Shown: positions 39,309 to 54,047, counted from the first letter of the stretch. The stretch: DNA of 64,000 nucleotides from Octopus sinensis (GCF_006345805.1 NC_043005.1:18352001-18416000); one strand, 5' to 3'. The notes: a model not told the origin generated them from the letters alone. Numbers and translations are program-made.

Positions 39309-39723
39309 TCCAGTTGCCAGTAACGCAAAATGTTCTGCCGCTGACAACTCCTGGGGAAAACACTTTCGTCCCTTTCTGATATTTATTATGATTTTCAAAC
39401 AAAAGCGCTCAAAAAATGCTCTCTCAGGACAAATACTGCAGTAATTGGTCCATCGATATTTTCTATGAATTATGTATATAGTGTGTTTGTTTATTTCAAG
39501 CTGGCAACCGGTTTCCACTTTTCAGATTATCGTCGTTTCATATTACCAGTCTCCTTCTCGGTAACATGAAATTCTGTTCAGATTTATGAGAGGTTACGAT
39601 GATGGAGTTCAAATTACATCTAGTTGTTGACGAAGAAGAATTTTCTTCACAAGCAATAGAATTTCAGATTGCGAAACATTTCTTTCTTTCTCGCATTTTA
39701 CAGCTACAGTAGTAGTAGTAGTA

Positions 39724-39765
<42 letters not shown>

Positions 39766-40567
39766 CAGTAGCAGCAGTAGTAGTAGTAGTAGTAGTGTTA
39801 GCAGCAGCAGTAGCAGCAGCAGCAGTAGTAGTAGTAGTACTAGTAGTAGTAGCAGCAGCAGCAGCAGTAGCCGCAGTAGCAGTAGTAGTAGTAGTAGTAG
39901 ACTCTTTGGCGTGCTTTATGCTCTTGGATTAAGTTAAATAATAATGCATACACACATGCATACATGTGTGTGTATGTGTGTGTGTGCCCGTAGCGTACCT
40001 TTACTCATTACATGCCACTAGGTTCAGTATTTGTACTCATTCTGTATCATATATGATAACTCTGTATCTTTCTCTTGCCTTTCTCAGTCTTTCGCTCCCC
40101 ACGACGTAAAGCGTGACTGGATAAATCGACCGACAAATCCACTGGTAGCTATAGGACGCACCTCGTGAAATGTCCGTGACAAAGCCAATTTATTAAGAAA
40201 ACGATGAATGCTCCAAAGCGTTTTGTATGGATGTAGCGGTGCAAATGAAAGTGGAGCTTTGAAGCTAGCCGGCGTCTCATCACCACTTCTACACGAGATG
40301 ATAGACTGAATTAAATATCGACAGGTGCGTTTACGAGCTTCTATTGGCGGTTAACATTTATTGTTGCTATAATACCAAATATGGTATTGTTTAAGAACAA
40401 CGCCTTAAGATTGATATTCTGTAGGATCTGAGGATCGGCTAGGAGTTATCTAGTTTTTTTCTGAATATTGTGATATCGATGGCTCGAGTTACTACAAACA
40501 CTGTATCATACACTATGTCATGTAAGGTTGTTTTATGCATGTATTTCGTTATTTACGTTCATATATA

Positions 40568-40750
40568 AGCGCAGGCGCGGCTATGTGGTAAAAAGCTTGC
40601 TTGCTTACTAACCTCATGGTTCCGGGTTCAGCCCCTGTGCGTGGCACGTCCGGCAAGTGTCCCCTACTATAGCCTCGCGCCGACCAAAGTTTTGTGAGTG
40701 GATTTGGTAGACGGAAATTGGAAGAACCCCGTTGTGTGTATATATATCTC

Positions 40751-40786
<36 letters not shown>

Positions 40787-40837
40787 TGTATGTATGTATG
40801 TATGTATGTATGTATGTATGTATGTATTTATGTATGA

Positions 40838-40868
<31 letters not shown>

Positions 40869-41138
40869 CATGCATGTATGTATGTATGCATGTATGTATG
40901 TATGTATGTATATCTATATATGTGTATATATGAATGTATGTATATATTTGTGTGTCTGCGTTTATCCCCCCGCCATCGCTTGACGACCGATGCTAGTTTG
41001 TTTTGTGTGCCCATAACGTAGCAGTTCAGCAAAATAGACCGATATAATTAGTCCTAGTGTCGATTTCTTCGACTAACACTCTTTAAGGTGGTGCTCCAGC
41101 ATGACCCCAGTCATATGACTGAAACAAGAAAAAGAATA
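40568..41138 (+). mobile_element. SINE family A with expanded (TATG)n
   Basis: Collinear head and tail. Confidence 0.85.
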
Positions 41139-41920
41139 AATGAATACATTTATTTCAAGTACACAGTTGATCATTTCTATTGATTACGATCATATTGTAC
41201 TATTTTTAGTTGGTATGAATTTTACCTTCAGAATTTTCTGTAATTCTCTCACCTATTCTACCTTAGCCACTGCATTCATTTATTTCTATTGGCAGTCTCA
41301 ATATTTCAGCTGTGTGTATTATGCAGTGATCCGGGCGAATCCTGAGTTACATTATCAATTGATTAAGTCATTTCAGTGTTAATGCCTGATATATTTAGTT
41401 GGGATTCTGATTTAATTCTGTCTAACACATCTTGATGAAGCTATTTCGCATTATAAACATTGTGAGATTTTACATCCTTATTAGAATTTCTGTGGCTAAG
41501 ACTCATAACCAAGCTGATTGTGTTTATGCTTCAAGTTAAAACAAAATTTGGAATCACACAACTACAATGCTGACTTGATACTTTTTTCAAAAGAGCGAAT
41601 AAATTTGATTAACGATATAAGTTACAAAGACAAATCAAGAGAAATAAAGTGAGTAATACCAGTGCGTGTGTTTATTATTAACACTATGAAGAGAGACAAA
41701 AGACTAACTTTCAACACAAAAATTAGCATCATGAATCTCTCTAATCAAATACAAAACCGTAACATTGAGAGCGATATCGTTAATGTTCTTCTCTAGATTT
41801 ATTCCAGTTTATATATAATTACAATTTACATACCGATATAGTCACAATTTGTGTTAGTAGAATGTGGCTTATTTGAGAGCAAACGAATAGTTACAAAGGC
41901 AATTTTTGTAATGATATATT

Positions 41921-42155
41921 TATTTCTTTATTGCCCACAGGAGCGGGGATAAACACAGAGGTGGCAGACGAGGACAGACGAAGGCATTAAGCTGATTACA
42001 TCGACCCCAGTGCGTAACAAGTACTTTATTTATCGACCCCAAAAGTATAAAAGGCAAAGTCGACCTCGGTGGAATTTGAACTCAGAACGTAACGGCAGAC
42101 GAAATACCGCTAAGCATTTCTCCCGGCGTGCTAACGATTCTGCCAGCTCGCCGCC
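41921..42155 (-). mobile_element. SINE family B
   Basis: Reverse complement collinear with 36405-36637. Confidence 0.9.
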
Positions 42156-42249
42156 CCTTTTTGAAATGATACATTCAGTAACTGTAAAGCATTGGCTTTG
42201 TTTTGCTGTTACTGTTCAATTGAAATTATCATATATAATATGTGTGTAG

Positions 42250-42550
42250 AATCCGCTGACACATGTTGGATATATTCGTATGGACTAGGCATCAAGACAT
42301 GTATTTCTCCATATACTTTCGTTCAGTCTCAACGCAACTATTATTTAAAGGGGTTGTTCCTGTTACCAGTTGTGGTAGTTATTATATTTCCAGACACTTC
42401 TATATCAATATTTTTTCCTATTCGTTGATAGATACTTTATTATCTGCGTGATCCTTGACAACGATATCCAGCTTTTTAGAGATGCCTCGATCTGCTTAGA
42501 TTGCCTTATCCCAGTGTACAGCCGTTTTTTCAGTGAATCACTCAAATATT
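42250..42550 (-). pseudogene. Decayed R4/Dong RLE fragment
   Basis: VHWDKAI*ADRGIS..LDIVVKDHAD resembles ILWD.PI.TDR.I..NRPDIVVRDH. Confidence 0.5.
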
Positions 42551-43337
42551 TTCAGATGTATACGAATGCCATCCCTTATCTGTTTTATTTTCAAAATGCT
42601 GACATAATTTCCGTTGTATGAAATCCCTGTAACTGTCGTGATCGTACGTGCATTATTTCGTAGCTAAGGGAGGAGAGCAACTATTCCTTAGATACAGGAA
42701 AGTGGATTTCTAAAAACATTAGCTCAGATCTCTATTAAACAAATTTTATTCTGAGCGAACACTGTCTTTCCAGTCGCTTTCTTCCTGGCGCTAATATTGT
42801 GAAACGCGAAATTAACCCAGAATAGGTTCAAATACAAACGCTGTTGTGGGAAAGTTTATTCAACTTTGAATATGAGCAACGGCAAATTGTACTTTGCAGA
42901 TAAGTCACAGAAGAGACTACTACCGATAGTTTACAGATTTATTAAAGTTAATAATATGAAATATGTACCGAGACAACCTTGAAAGGAGGAAAGTACTTAA
43001 GAATATTAATATCATTTTAAAGAAAAACAGAATTAAGCAGATTACAGCAGACATAAACTTATAAATACTTATGAATAAATGTCCTAGACAGAATACAATA
43101 CAGTAAAAAGGGAAGAACATTTACAAAAGGCTATTAAATATTCCTAATAGGATTAGGGCTAATTATTATAGTTCCTCTTTCTATCTGTACTTACAGTGTT
43201 GCATGTTATTTATTTATGACGTATCTAATGTACCTGATTATTGGTGATGCTACATTACTTTTAATTAACGTTTCCCGTATATAAATATGTTGCACTCTAC
43301 AAAAACACGTGACTGGTAGGCAATCTATATGATGGAC

Positions 43338-43570
43338 AGCGGCAAGCTGGCAGACACGTTAGCGCGCCGGGCGAAATGCTTAGCGGTATTTCGTCTGTCG
43401 TTACGTTCTGAGTTCAAATTCCGCCCAGGTCGACTTTGCCTTTCATCCTTTCGGGGTCGATAGATAAAGTACCAGTTTCGCACTGGGGTCGATGTAATCG
43501 ACTTAATCCGTTTGTCTGTCCTTGTTTGTCTCCTCTGTGTTTAGCCCCTTGTGGGTAGTAAAGAAATATA
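43338..43570 (+). mobile_element. SINE family B
   Basis: Collinear with other copies. Confidence 0.9.
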
Positions 43571-43599
43571 TATGATGAACAGTGTTTCAACAGCATTCG

Positions 43600-45220
43600 G
43601 GTATGTTTTTGTTGATCAATAATTGATATTTGTAAACGAATGAGCTCTACAGCCCGACTTAGGAGACAAACTGTTTCTTTTTTCGGGTGTTTGTTCGCCA
43701 CCATATTACGGCAGTTTAAAGCTTTAAGAGGTATCACGGAAAATCTTTAATCTCTAACCTTTAGATTTTGCTGTTTCTTCAGTCTTAGAGATTAAGATAA
43801 TATGGTATCAGTGAAGTCAGCAAACCAGTCAGGTATTGTTTCGGTGTCCTTCAGTGTTTTATTAATTATCCCGACGAACTATTTTAACCGTTTACTCAGA
43901 TTTCATTATCTGCTGTTTCCTTTCAGGTATTTGTTTCTCAAGCGTCTGGATTCATTATTATTTCGTTATTATCTCCCACCGTTTTCAAGTGTTATGCTCA
44001 ACAATTCTGGGTCATAACGATTCTTTCACGTTCTTTATGTTTACCCAGGAATATTTTAATACCTTTGCTGTTGGTGTTGTCCTTGATTTATTCTTTATTT
44101 TTTATTCAGTTCTTTAAGAATTTCTTTTAAAGGCGCAGTTCTTTAAGAATTTCTTTATAGGTGCAGGAGTGGCTATGTGGTAAGTAGCTTGCTTACCAAC
44201 CACATGGTTCCGGGTTCAGTCCCACTGCGTGGCATCTTGGGCAAGTGTCTTCTGCTATAGCCTGGGGCTGACCAATGCTTTGTGAGTGGATTTGGTAGAT
44301 GGAAACTGAAAGAAGCCTGTCGTATATATGTACATGTATATATATATATGTATGTGTGTGTATATGTTTGTGTGTCTGTGTTTGTTCCCCTAGCATTGCT
44401 TGACAACCGATGCTGGTGTGCTTACGTCCCCGTCACTTAGCGGTTCGGCAAAAGAGACCGATAGAATAAGTACTAGGCTTACAAGGAATAAGTCCCGGGG
44501 TCGATTTGCTCGACTAAAGGCGGTACTCCAGCATGGCCGTAGTCAAATGACTGAAACAAGTAAAAGAGTAAAAGAGTAAAGTAGAATGATTTGTTTGTTC
44601 GAAACATCACCAAATTTCTTGTCATTGATTTCTTTACTGTTTAGCTTTCTTCACGTGTTCTTCCATCCCCTGAATTATGCTATATTTCTCTTGTACTTAT
44701 ACGTTTTTTTTCTGTTCTATTCTGAACATATTTTTCTATTTCAGCATGATATTTACAATATTACTTGCTTTGTTTTCGATATTCACATATGGTTAGATAT
44801 GAGGGACATCCAATTGTCTTTGTAACTAACTCTGCCACTGCTAAATATATTACTTCTTTTCATCTGCTAACATTGTCAGTTGTAACCACTTTTGATAAAT
44901 CTGTGATGGTCAATTTTACATCTTTTATTGTTACTATTTCATTGTCGCGTTTTCTACTTGGACGTAATTTCGTTCTCCATATAAAGATCTATTGATTATA
45001 ATTCTTTAATTATTTCTATCTTTAAATTATTATCCGATTCATTGTTTCCATCTTTAGGAATTTCTCCTCTTGAATCAGTTTCATCTCCTGATTCATTCAT
45101 ATTTTTGTTTGTTTTATTCTGTTTCGATTGGTCAGTAGTATTATTCTGGTATTCTAAAGTTATTAGCTCCGTCGTTATTAACTTTGTCACGTATTGCATC
45201 TATTTTGGTGATTTACGTTC
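43600..45220 (-). pseudogene. Heavily decayed RLE-type LINE (N-terminal/RT region), interrupted by SINE A
   Basis: Patches IPDWF..., ILISKTEETAK, LSPKSGCRAHS resembling RT motifs P.W..G.T.LIPK and EQ.GCR; many disablements. Confidence 0.4.
44159..44582 (+). mobile_element. SINE family A with duplicated 5' junction
   Basis: Near-consensus body; 44107-44135 repeated at 44136-44163. Confidence 0.9.
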
Positions 45221-45402
45221 TCAATGTTATTTTTATTACGAAGGCGCCTGGCTCAGTGCTTAAGATATTTGGCTCAAGATCGTAAGGCCATGAGTTCGAT
45301 TTCAAGCGGTGCTTTGTGTCATCTTCATATGATATTTTTGTTCGTATTATTCTGTTTCTATTGGCCAGTAGTATTCTTCTGCTGTTCTGCCATTGTGCAG
45401 AA

Positions 45403-45797
45403 CACCTTATTTCACGTTGCTAAAGTGGCCTATAGAATATAGGCTATTGACGGCTTTATTTCACGTTGCTATAGTCGCCTATAGAACATAGGATACAACG
45501 GCTTTATTTCACTTTGCTAGAGTAGCCTATAGAACATAGGATAAAGATGGCTTTATTTCACGTTGCTAGAGTGGCCTATTGAACATAGGCTATTGACGGC
45601 TTTATTTCACGTTGCTAAGTCGCCTATAGAAGATAGGCTACAACGGCTTTATTTCACTTTGCTAGAGTAGCCTATAGAACATAGGATAAAGATGGCTTTA
45701 TTTCACGTTGCTAGAGTGGCCTATAGAACATAGGCTATCGACGGTTCTATTTCACGTTGCTATAGTGGCCTATAGAACATAGGTTATCGACGGCTTT
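45403..45797. repeat. Minisatellite, 8 units of about 49 bp with trimeric higher-order pattern
   Basis: Unit GGCTTTATTTCACGTTGCTAGAGTGGCCTATAGAACATAGGCTATCGAC; variants recur 1/4/7, 2/5, 3/6. Confidence 0.9.
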
Positions 45798-47161
45798 TCG
45801 TCACTGTTTTCAACAATGGTTTGTCCTTTCGGAAGGCTATCCTCTCTCAGGTCGCGTCGGTTTTGTATTCTCATTGATGTTTCTGTAACTTTGCTTTCTT
45901 CTTGGCAGGGGTGTTGGCCCTACGTAAACCTATTTTTTAAAATCTCAGAACGTGGTATTCCCTATTAGTCTTTGACCTATTTAACATAGTAGGCCCTAAC
46001 TGGAACTTTCATCTAGGGCCATTAAATCAGAGAATCCACCGTACCGATGAGGAACATTTTTGCTGATGAGACACCGAGTTTTGAAAAAAAGCATTTTTAG
46101 GAAAAAAATTAAAGTATGCATATCATTTTGCTTCAGAAGATTCAATCGTTTGGTGTTGTTGTGACTTCTCTTTTATTGGTTGTTTACACAAAATATCCGG
46201 TCGCCAGTCAGAATGAACTCTTGCAAAAGATCAATATATTTTACGAGTGATTCAGTGAATTACTTATTCATTTATTTTCTGGCCATTATCATCATCATCA
46301 TCATCATGACCACCACCACAATGACGACCACCACCACCGCCACCAACATCATCATCATCATCATTACCACCATCATCCACTTCTTCCTCCTCCAACTCCT
46401 CATCATCATTATCGCCATCACCACCACCACCACCACCACCACCACCACCATCCTCACCATCATCATCACCACTACCACCACCACCACCACCACATAGATT
46501 TTCATTGATCCCTAAATATCCATACGCTTGTGTTTGGTCACCTCCACCTCCACCACCACCACCACCACCACCACCAACACCACCGCCATCATCACCATTA
46601 CCACCACCACCACCACCCGCCTCCCCGTCTTCCTCCTCCTCCACCTCATCATCATCATCATCATCATCATCATCACCATCATTCACTTGTCTTATATTAC
46701 CGAGGTCAGCTCTGTGTGACTGGGGTGGTTACAGTGTTTAGTTTTGACCTTGTTATTTTTACAGTATTAAAATCATCCTAAGTGATATATGTGCAGTGTC
46801 AAATAGTGTTACCTTCCGCGTGATGCGCGTCTTCGTAAGTTCTGCAGTTTGGATTAAGTGTATGTCAGTACGATGGTGATAACTGTTTCGCAAATCACCT
46901 ATTATTATAGGGATTATTTCTATTTTCGAATACCCTATTCAGGGTAGCTTCACTTCCAGATGTTTTTCGTTGGAAAAATTTCTCCATTTTTCCGAGAACT
47001 TCATTGTCACTTGCTTGTGCTGATACACCGTTTCGAATGTATATCATCCGGAAGTTTTTGACAGCAAGAGTTGGTCAATCTGTATACATCATCTCTGGCC
47101 ATTTCATCTCTGGTCATTTCATCTCTGGCTATTTCATAGTGCTGGCGTAACTTTTGTTCTG

Positions 47162-47570
47162 TAAGGCGCTGAGCTGGCTGAAACGTTTGCATTCCGGGCG
47201 AAATGCTTAGCGGTATTTTGTCTGTCTTTGTGTTCTGGGTACAAATTCCGCCGAGGTCGACTTCGCCTTTCATCCTTTCGGGGTCGATAAATTAAGTACC
47301 AGTTACGCACTGGGGTCGATGTAATTGACTTAATACGTATGTCTGTCCTTGTTTGTCCCCTCTGTGTCTGTGTTTAGCCCCTTGTGGGTAATAAAAAAAT
47401 AGGTATTTTGTCTGTCTTTATGTTCTGAGTTCAAATTCCGCAGAGGTCGACTTTGCCTTTCATCCTTTCAAGGTCGAGGAATTAAGTACCAGTTGCGTAC
47501 TGCAATCGATCTAATCGACTGGCCCCCTCCCCAAAACTTTCGGGCCTTCTGCCTTGAGTAGAAAAGAATA
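47162..47570 (+). mobile_element. SINE family B plus a second partial B with an alternative tail
   Basis: Two AAATTCCGC.GAGGTCGACT cores in tandem. Confidence 0.85.
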
Positions 47571-47584
47571 ACATTTCTTCCGTG

Positions 47585-47865
47585 TCAGTCCATATTCTCT
47601 CATGCTTGTAAATGTATTCTGTATTGGTCAAGACAGGACAGTTAGAAACATTATGGTCAATTGCTTCTTCCTCGATATTTACCTACTCTTGAGTTATTGT
47701 ATTCCCTGTCATCGTACATCCTCGCTGTTTCCTGCTGAGGAACGTTGAACGTCTGTAAGGGTCAAGAATTCTTCGGCTTCTGTTTTGACCCTAGCACTTC
47801 TCAGTCAGTATTCGTCTTTCATGGCCATGGAGGTTTCTTTGTCTACTTTTATTCTTCAGATTTTC
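47585..47865 (-). pseudogene. Decayed R4/Dong CCHC-region fragment
   Basis: RQRNLHGH...EEAIDHNVSNCPVLTNTEYIYKHERI parallels ETINHIISSCPVLAKKEYIHKHDR. Confidence 0.55.
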
Positions 47866-48559
47866 TCCCCAACACTTCATTGTATCATTTTGTGGCCTCA
47901 GTTATAGATTTTTTAAATTTTATTTAATTTTATTTTATTTTATCTAGTTTCAGCTCACGAGCTGTGGCCATGTTGAGGCACCGCCATTTTTTAATCAACA
48001 ATAGATAAGATTTTTTTTAAACAATATTTGTAGATTTTTCTCCTTTTTCATCATAATTGTTTTGTATTTCTCATAACTGTTTCGTGGCTTTCTTTAGCTG
48101 AGAAAACTTTTGTTTATTGTTTGTCGTTCGTGGTTATTTGTATTTTCTATGGTTCTGTTCTCGATACGTTTGTAGTCCCACACTAGATATTTTAGCGTAA
48201 AAGACCATTACAAGTTGGCAATTATAAACTCTCTAATGCTGGTGGGGGATTGTAAATGCAATAATTAATGTCTTTGCTTTCCTGTCTAGTCTTGCTACTT
48301 CATTTAGAATTCAGTTGAGAGAATTATAACTTTAACTTAGTACTCATTCGGCTAAAGTATTGATATTAATTCCATTATTTATATATTATCATCATCATCA
48401 TCATCATCATCGTCGTCGTCGTCGTCGTCATAATCATCTTCGTCATCATCATCATCGTCATCATCATCATCATCATCACCATCATCATCATCACCATCAT
48501 CATCACCATCATCATCATCATCACCAACACCACCACCACCACCACCACCATCATCATCG

Positions 48560-48671
<112 letters not shown>

Positions 48672-48676
48672 CATTC

Positions 48677-48918
48677 AGTAGTTTTATTTTTATATCGTGC
48701 TTTCACTTCACTACCGAGCGCAGCTCTGTGTGCCTTGGGTATGTGCTGTGATTTGTTGTGATGCTCTGATGGTTATTGTATGGAAAGTGTTCTGCGTAGG
48801 ATGTGTGCAGTGCCTAGTAGTGCAATTTTCTGTATGTTATGTGTGTTTGTAAGTCCTGGTGTTTTTGTTATGTATTTGTCTGAATATCTATTAATTATTA
48901 TTATCATTATTATTATTA

Positions 48919-49005
<87 letters not shown>

Positions 49006-49173
49006 TGTTTGACTTTTGCTTTATGTCTGTACAAGTTGGCTCCAAGTCTCACCCAGAGACCTCAAGAGACAACAGGTTGGAAGTTCACGTTGTTGTTATG
49101 CCTAGTGTGCCATATATTTGGGGTTTTTTGTGTTGTACTAGTGAATGTCTAATACATAGATTTAAAAAAAATA

Positions 49174-49237
<64 letters not shown>

Positions 49238-49277
49238 GTTATTATCATTATTATTATTATTATTATTATCATTATTA

Positions 49278-49312
<35 letters not shown>

Positions 49313-49560
49313 TTGCATTCAACTCTGGTTTAAGTTGTAATCAGATGCGTCTATAATATTCGTTCCCAATCTTTGGCTTAATTTATCTATGGTTGCACAT
49401 AGATTTTCATTGACCCCTAAATATTCATACAGTTGTGTTTGGTCTAATTCTCTGATCTCATTTTCTTTATCCTGTAAGATAATAGAGTTCTTCACCCATT
49501 TTCCTCTGTTCCAAATTGCTTTGGTTCGTTTTACTAAACCAAATCTCATATCGATTTCTT
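48677..49560 (-). mobile_element. Stack of R4/Dong fragments separated by (AAT)n: subfamily A 3' end, another 3' end, RT piece
   Basis: 48677-48890 = A tail; about 49005-49160 ends ...QIYGTLGI with its own UTR; 49310-49560 MRFGLVK...YEYLGVNE. Confidence 0.8.
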
Positions 49561-50014
49561 CTATATAAATCCATTTTTATAGTAGTGTTTTAGTTGTTTA
49601 TTATTTGCGACATAGAACTTCTGATTATCCGAATACAAAACAGTACTTCTATTTGAAATTTTTCCTCGAGTGCAGATCCGTTAAACTTAACAGTGAAAGG
49701 CATTAGTACCATGCAGAGAGTGGAGAGGTTTATCCATACGGTATTCTAAAGCGAATTTGTTTCTTTTATAGAACTTCTATTTTTTGCCTCTAACTGCAAA
49801 GCTGCTTGCAGTTTTGAGGTTATGTGGTTAGTTCAGATATGAAAAAAAATGTTTTTTTTTCTTTTCCTCAGTGAGCAAGTCAAGTGTGGTTTCTGCCTCC
49901 GTTTGCATCTCATTAATTTTTCTGCAATGAATTCATGTGTCATTGAACATTTAGACTATAACTCTGAAATCGTATACACTGATGCTTTCCAGTTTTTCAT
50001 ATTTTTCAGACAAT

Positions 50015-50084
<70 letters not shown>

Positions 50085-50090
50085 GCATCA

Positions 50091-50155
<65 letters not shown>

Positions 50156-50156
50156 G

Positions 50157-50712
50157 AGTGAGAGAGCAGTGTATGCCATCAAAGTGACGCTTGGGTAAAA
50201 TATACGAAGCCCAGTATACCCATCATGACTACCCGTATGGTAAGGATACACTAAGAACATTCATCACAACCATACGTGCGCAACATAGTGATCTCATATC
50301 AAGATAAACAGCGCAAGTCCTTGCAGGTGGAGCCCAGTTAGAATTTTCTTCTGGTTGAGTAACCAATCCCGCTCAAACGGTCCCTGAATAATGGTTGCTT
50401 AAGGATGTTGAACGAAAGGCCCATGTTTCCAAAGGTGAATTATTCAAACCCCAAAGAATCCCTATCGACACATGGCTATGATACTCCCCAACTATTTCTG
50501 CTCGTGATCAGAGATGCACATATCGTATGTTACGAAGGGACATACTCAACTGGTTACGGTCAAACAACTGACAAGCAAATTTGTGGTATTGAGCAGAATA
50601 TTTGCTGTAGCCCATCTTTTACACCAAGACAAGACAGTGTACATGATAATATTTCCAATCAGTTAACATCAGAAGTCATGAGAGCCACTGTCTGGTACTG
50701 CATCAGGGCATT
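50157..50712. mobile_element. Family F, full copy in (ATT)n
   Basis: GAGTGAGAGAGCAG...GCATCAGGGCATTT(ATT)n. Confidence 0.85.
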
Positions 50713-50719
50713 TATTATT

Positions 50720-50865
<146 letters not shown>

Positions 50866-50890
50866 TATTATTATTACTATTATTATTATC

Positions 50891-51052
50891 ATTGCGGTAT
50901 TTTGGCCGTCGCTAGTTCCTGAGGTCAAATTCCAACGAGGTCGACTTTGCCTTTCATTCTTTCGGAGTCGATGTACTAAGTACCCGCCAAGTACTGGGGT
51001 CGATGTAATCGACTAATCCCCTCCCAAAATTTCACGCCTTATAATAGAAAGG

Positions 51053-51108
<56 letters not shown>

Positions 51109-51296
51109 TATTATTATTACTATTATTATTATCATTGCGGTATTTTGGCCGTCGCTAGTTCCTGAGGTCAAATTCCAACGAGGTCGACTTTGCCTTTCAT
51201 TCTTTCGGAGTCGATGTACTAAGTACCCGCCAAGTACTGGGGTCGATGTAATCGACTAATCCCCTCCCAAAATTTCACGCCTTATAATAGAAAGGA
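50891..51296 (+). repeat. Exact tandem duplication (243-bp period) of a truncated B-type SINE plus (ATT)n
   Basis: 50891-51053 identical to 51134-51296 by eye. Confidence 0.9.
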
Positions 51297-51320
51297 TTAT
51301 TATTATTATTATTATTATTA

Positions 51321-51356
<36 letters not shown>

Positions 51357-52011
51357 TATTATTATTACTATTATTATTATTATCATTATTATTATTATTA
51401 GTTTTATTTTTATTATTTTTAATTATTATCACCATCATCGTCATCATCATCATTATTATTATTGTAATTATTATTGTTGTTGTTGTTGTTATTATTATTA
51501 TTATTATTTATTATTATTATTATTATTATTATCATTATTATTATCATTATTATTATTATTATTATTATTATTTTTATTATTTTTAATTATCATCATTATC
51601 ATCATCATCATCATCATTATTATTATTGTTATTATTATTATTATTATTATTATCGTTGTTGTTGTTGCTGCTGACGTTATTCCTGTTGTTGCCGTTGTTT
51701 TTGCTGTTGTTATTTTTGTTGATGATGTTGTTATTTTTGTTGATGATGTTGTTGGTGTGATAGACCAGTAAATCTAGAGGTATTTAATTATGTCAATTTA
51801 CTTGCTGAGGTGAAATTCCAAGCTATAAAAAATAAACACAATTAACGTATGGATGTCAAGGAAATTGACGACTTTCTACTCATAAATATCGATGACTTTA
51901 TATCAACGAAAGAATGGTTATCGATATCATTATTATTTATCATATTACACAGATTTATTGTATCAGCAAGACGACATCTATACATCTAATCTAACTATCC
52001 ATCTATCTATC

Positions 52012-52043
<32 letters not shown>

Positions 52044-52099
52044 TGTAGTATGTATGTATGTATGTATGTATGTATATATATATATATTATATATATACA

Positions 52100-52138
<39 letters not shown>

Positions 52139-52405
52139 CAATCTATCTATATATCTATGTATCTATCTATATATCTACGTATCTATCTATCTATTTATCT
52201 ATATATCTTTCCCTCCCGCTCTCTCTCTCTGTATATATATATATATAGATATATATATAATATATATATATATATATGAATGCATGTATGTATGTTGTAT
52301 GTATGTATCTATCTCTCTCTCTATATATATATATATACACACACACATACATACGTACATGCATACATCATGCAAACACACACACCACCACACACACACA
52401 CACAT

Positions 52406-52468
<63 letters not shown>

Positions 52469-52843
52469 CACGTTTATTTTACAATTTATATCTTTGGTTT
52501 GGAATCTGGTGTACTTAGTATTCAACGCATTTCCATCTTACTGCGAAAATGCTACTTCTATGCAGCTAATTTTAGACTTCTTCTACAGCAGTAGTTTGGA
52601 AACTATCTTTCTTCCTGTTATCTTTCTGTTCCACTGTTCGGTGTTCGAAATTTCAAAGTGTGCAGCAACTTTATCTTGCTCGTTTTACTTATTGATGAAG
52701 TAAATAATTGAAACAGACTGTGAATAAAGTTATTACACTCTATATTTCTGTATTGGGCAATTTTATAAAACACGCACACACACACACACACACATACGCA
52801 TGTCTATTTGTGTGTGTGTACGCACGGTGTATATATATGTATG

Positions 52844-52911
<68 letters not shown>

Positions 52912-53821
52912 ATATATATATGTGTATATATATATATGCGAATATACGTACGTATATATACGTGTATATATATATATATATATATGCATATATACATACA
53001 TATGTGTGTGTGTGTATGTTAAATATATATCTGTATATATTGTAGCTGTTCGCTTATTGTTTATCCCTCTCGAATGCTCGAAAGAGAAAGATTATATATA
53101 CATATATGACATATATTTTGGTAAGACCCACAGGTGTATCAATTTATTGACACCTATCGCGAAACCTCATTTGTTTTAAGTTCCATTTTTAATACAAACT
53201 TCGTGTATTGATAAGAAACATTGCACTTGCCTGGGGAGATATTCCAAACACCACAGGAACTTTCTATATGAATCGGTGGGAAATATTCTTACAATGAAGA
53301 AATAACATATTCAAGTATCATTGAGCTGCTCAGTGTCCTGTGTGTTTTGTTTAGAAATAATTAACAAAACAGGGCATACCTTTCTATCTTTCCATTACAC
53401 AAAGAGAATGCAAATTAGAAGAGAAGCAGTTGTATGTTGCTAATGCTTCACACCCACTCGAATTTTGTATCATTTCATGGATGTTGCTATTCAAATCTGT
53501 TAACATATAACGATAGGGAAGCCACTATGCTATATAATTAGAATTCACAGCCTCATTCATTGTTTCGCTTGCACATTGCATTGGGATGTTATTACGATTC
53601 TAATTCTTTTGTTACTGTATTTGGTTGAATCGGTAGAGTGTAAGACAAAAGTAATAGGGGTATTTATTTGCAACATAGGGGTTTAGAGTTCAGTCCATCT
53701 GAGGTTATCTTCTTTTTGTAATTAATACGTTTTCGAATCGATAAAATAAAATACACGTCAGGTACCTTAATCGCTCTAATTATCTACCTGTTCTCTCAAA
53801 ATATATGAAGTTGCGTCAATC

Positions 53822-54047
53822 TATAGAATAGAGTAGTCCAAGATTTTAATTTCGAGAATAACATCCACAATAAATATAGTAACCTGAATATAATAAAAAC
53901 TCATATTATGGAAGTATGTTTGGTTTACCTTTGTTTTGTATGAGTGTGTGTGCTTGAGGGAGCTACTGTTTATCTTTTACGAAACCGCAGCGACGAACTC
54001 CTGCTCTCATATCAGTACTCATATGTCAAGAGCCTAACACAGATAAT
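53822..54047. repeat. About 225-bp sequence duplicated at 56421-56493 + 57409-57552
   Basis: TATAGAATAGAGTAGTC...AAACTCATA-TTATG...CTAACACAGATAATA in both. Confidence 0.8.

Noticed and set aside
45403-45797. Regular repeat array as possible CRISPR or tandem ribozyme
   Set aside because: No unique spacers, eukaryotic context, and no catalytic core around the hairpin
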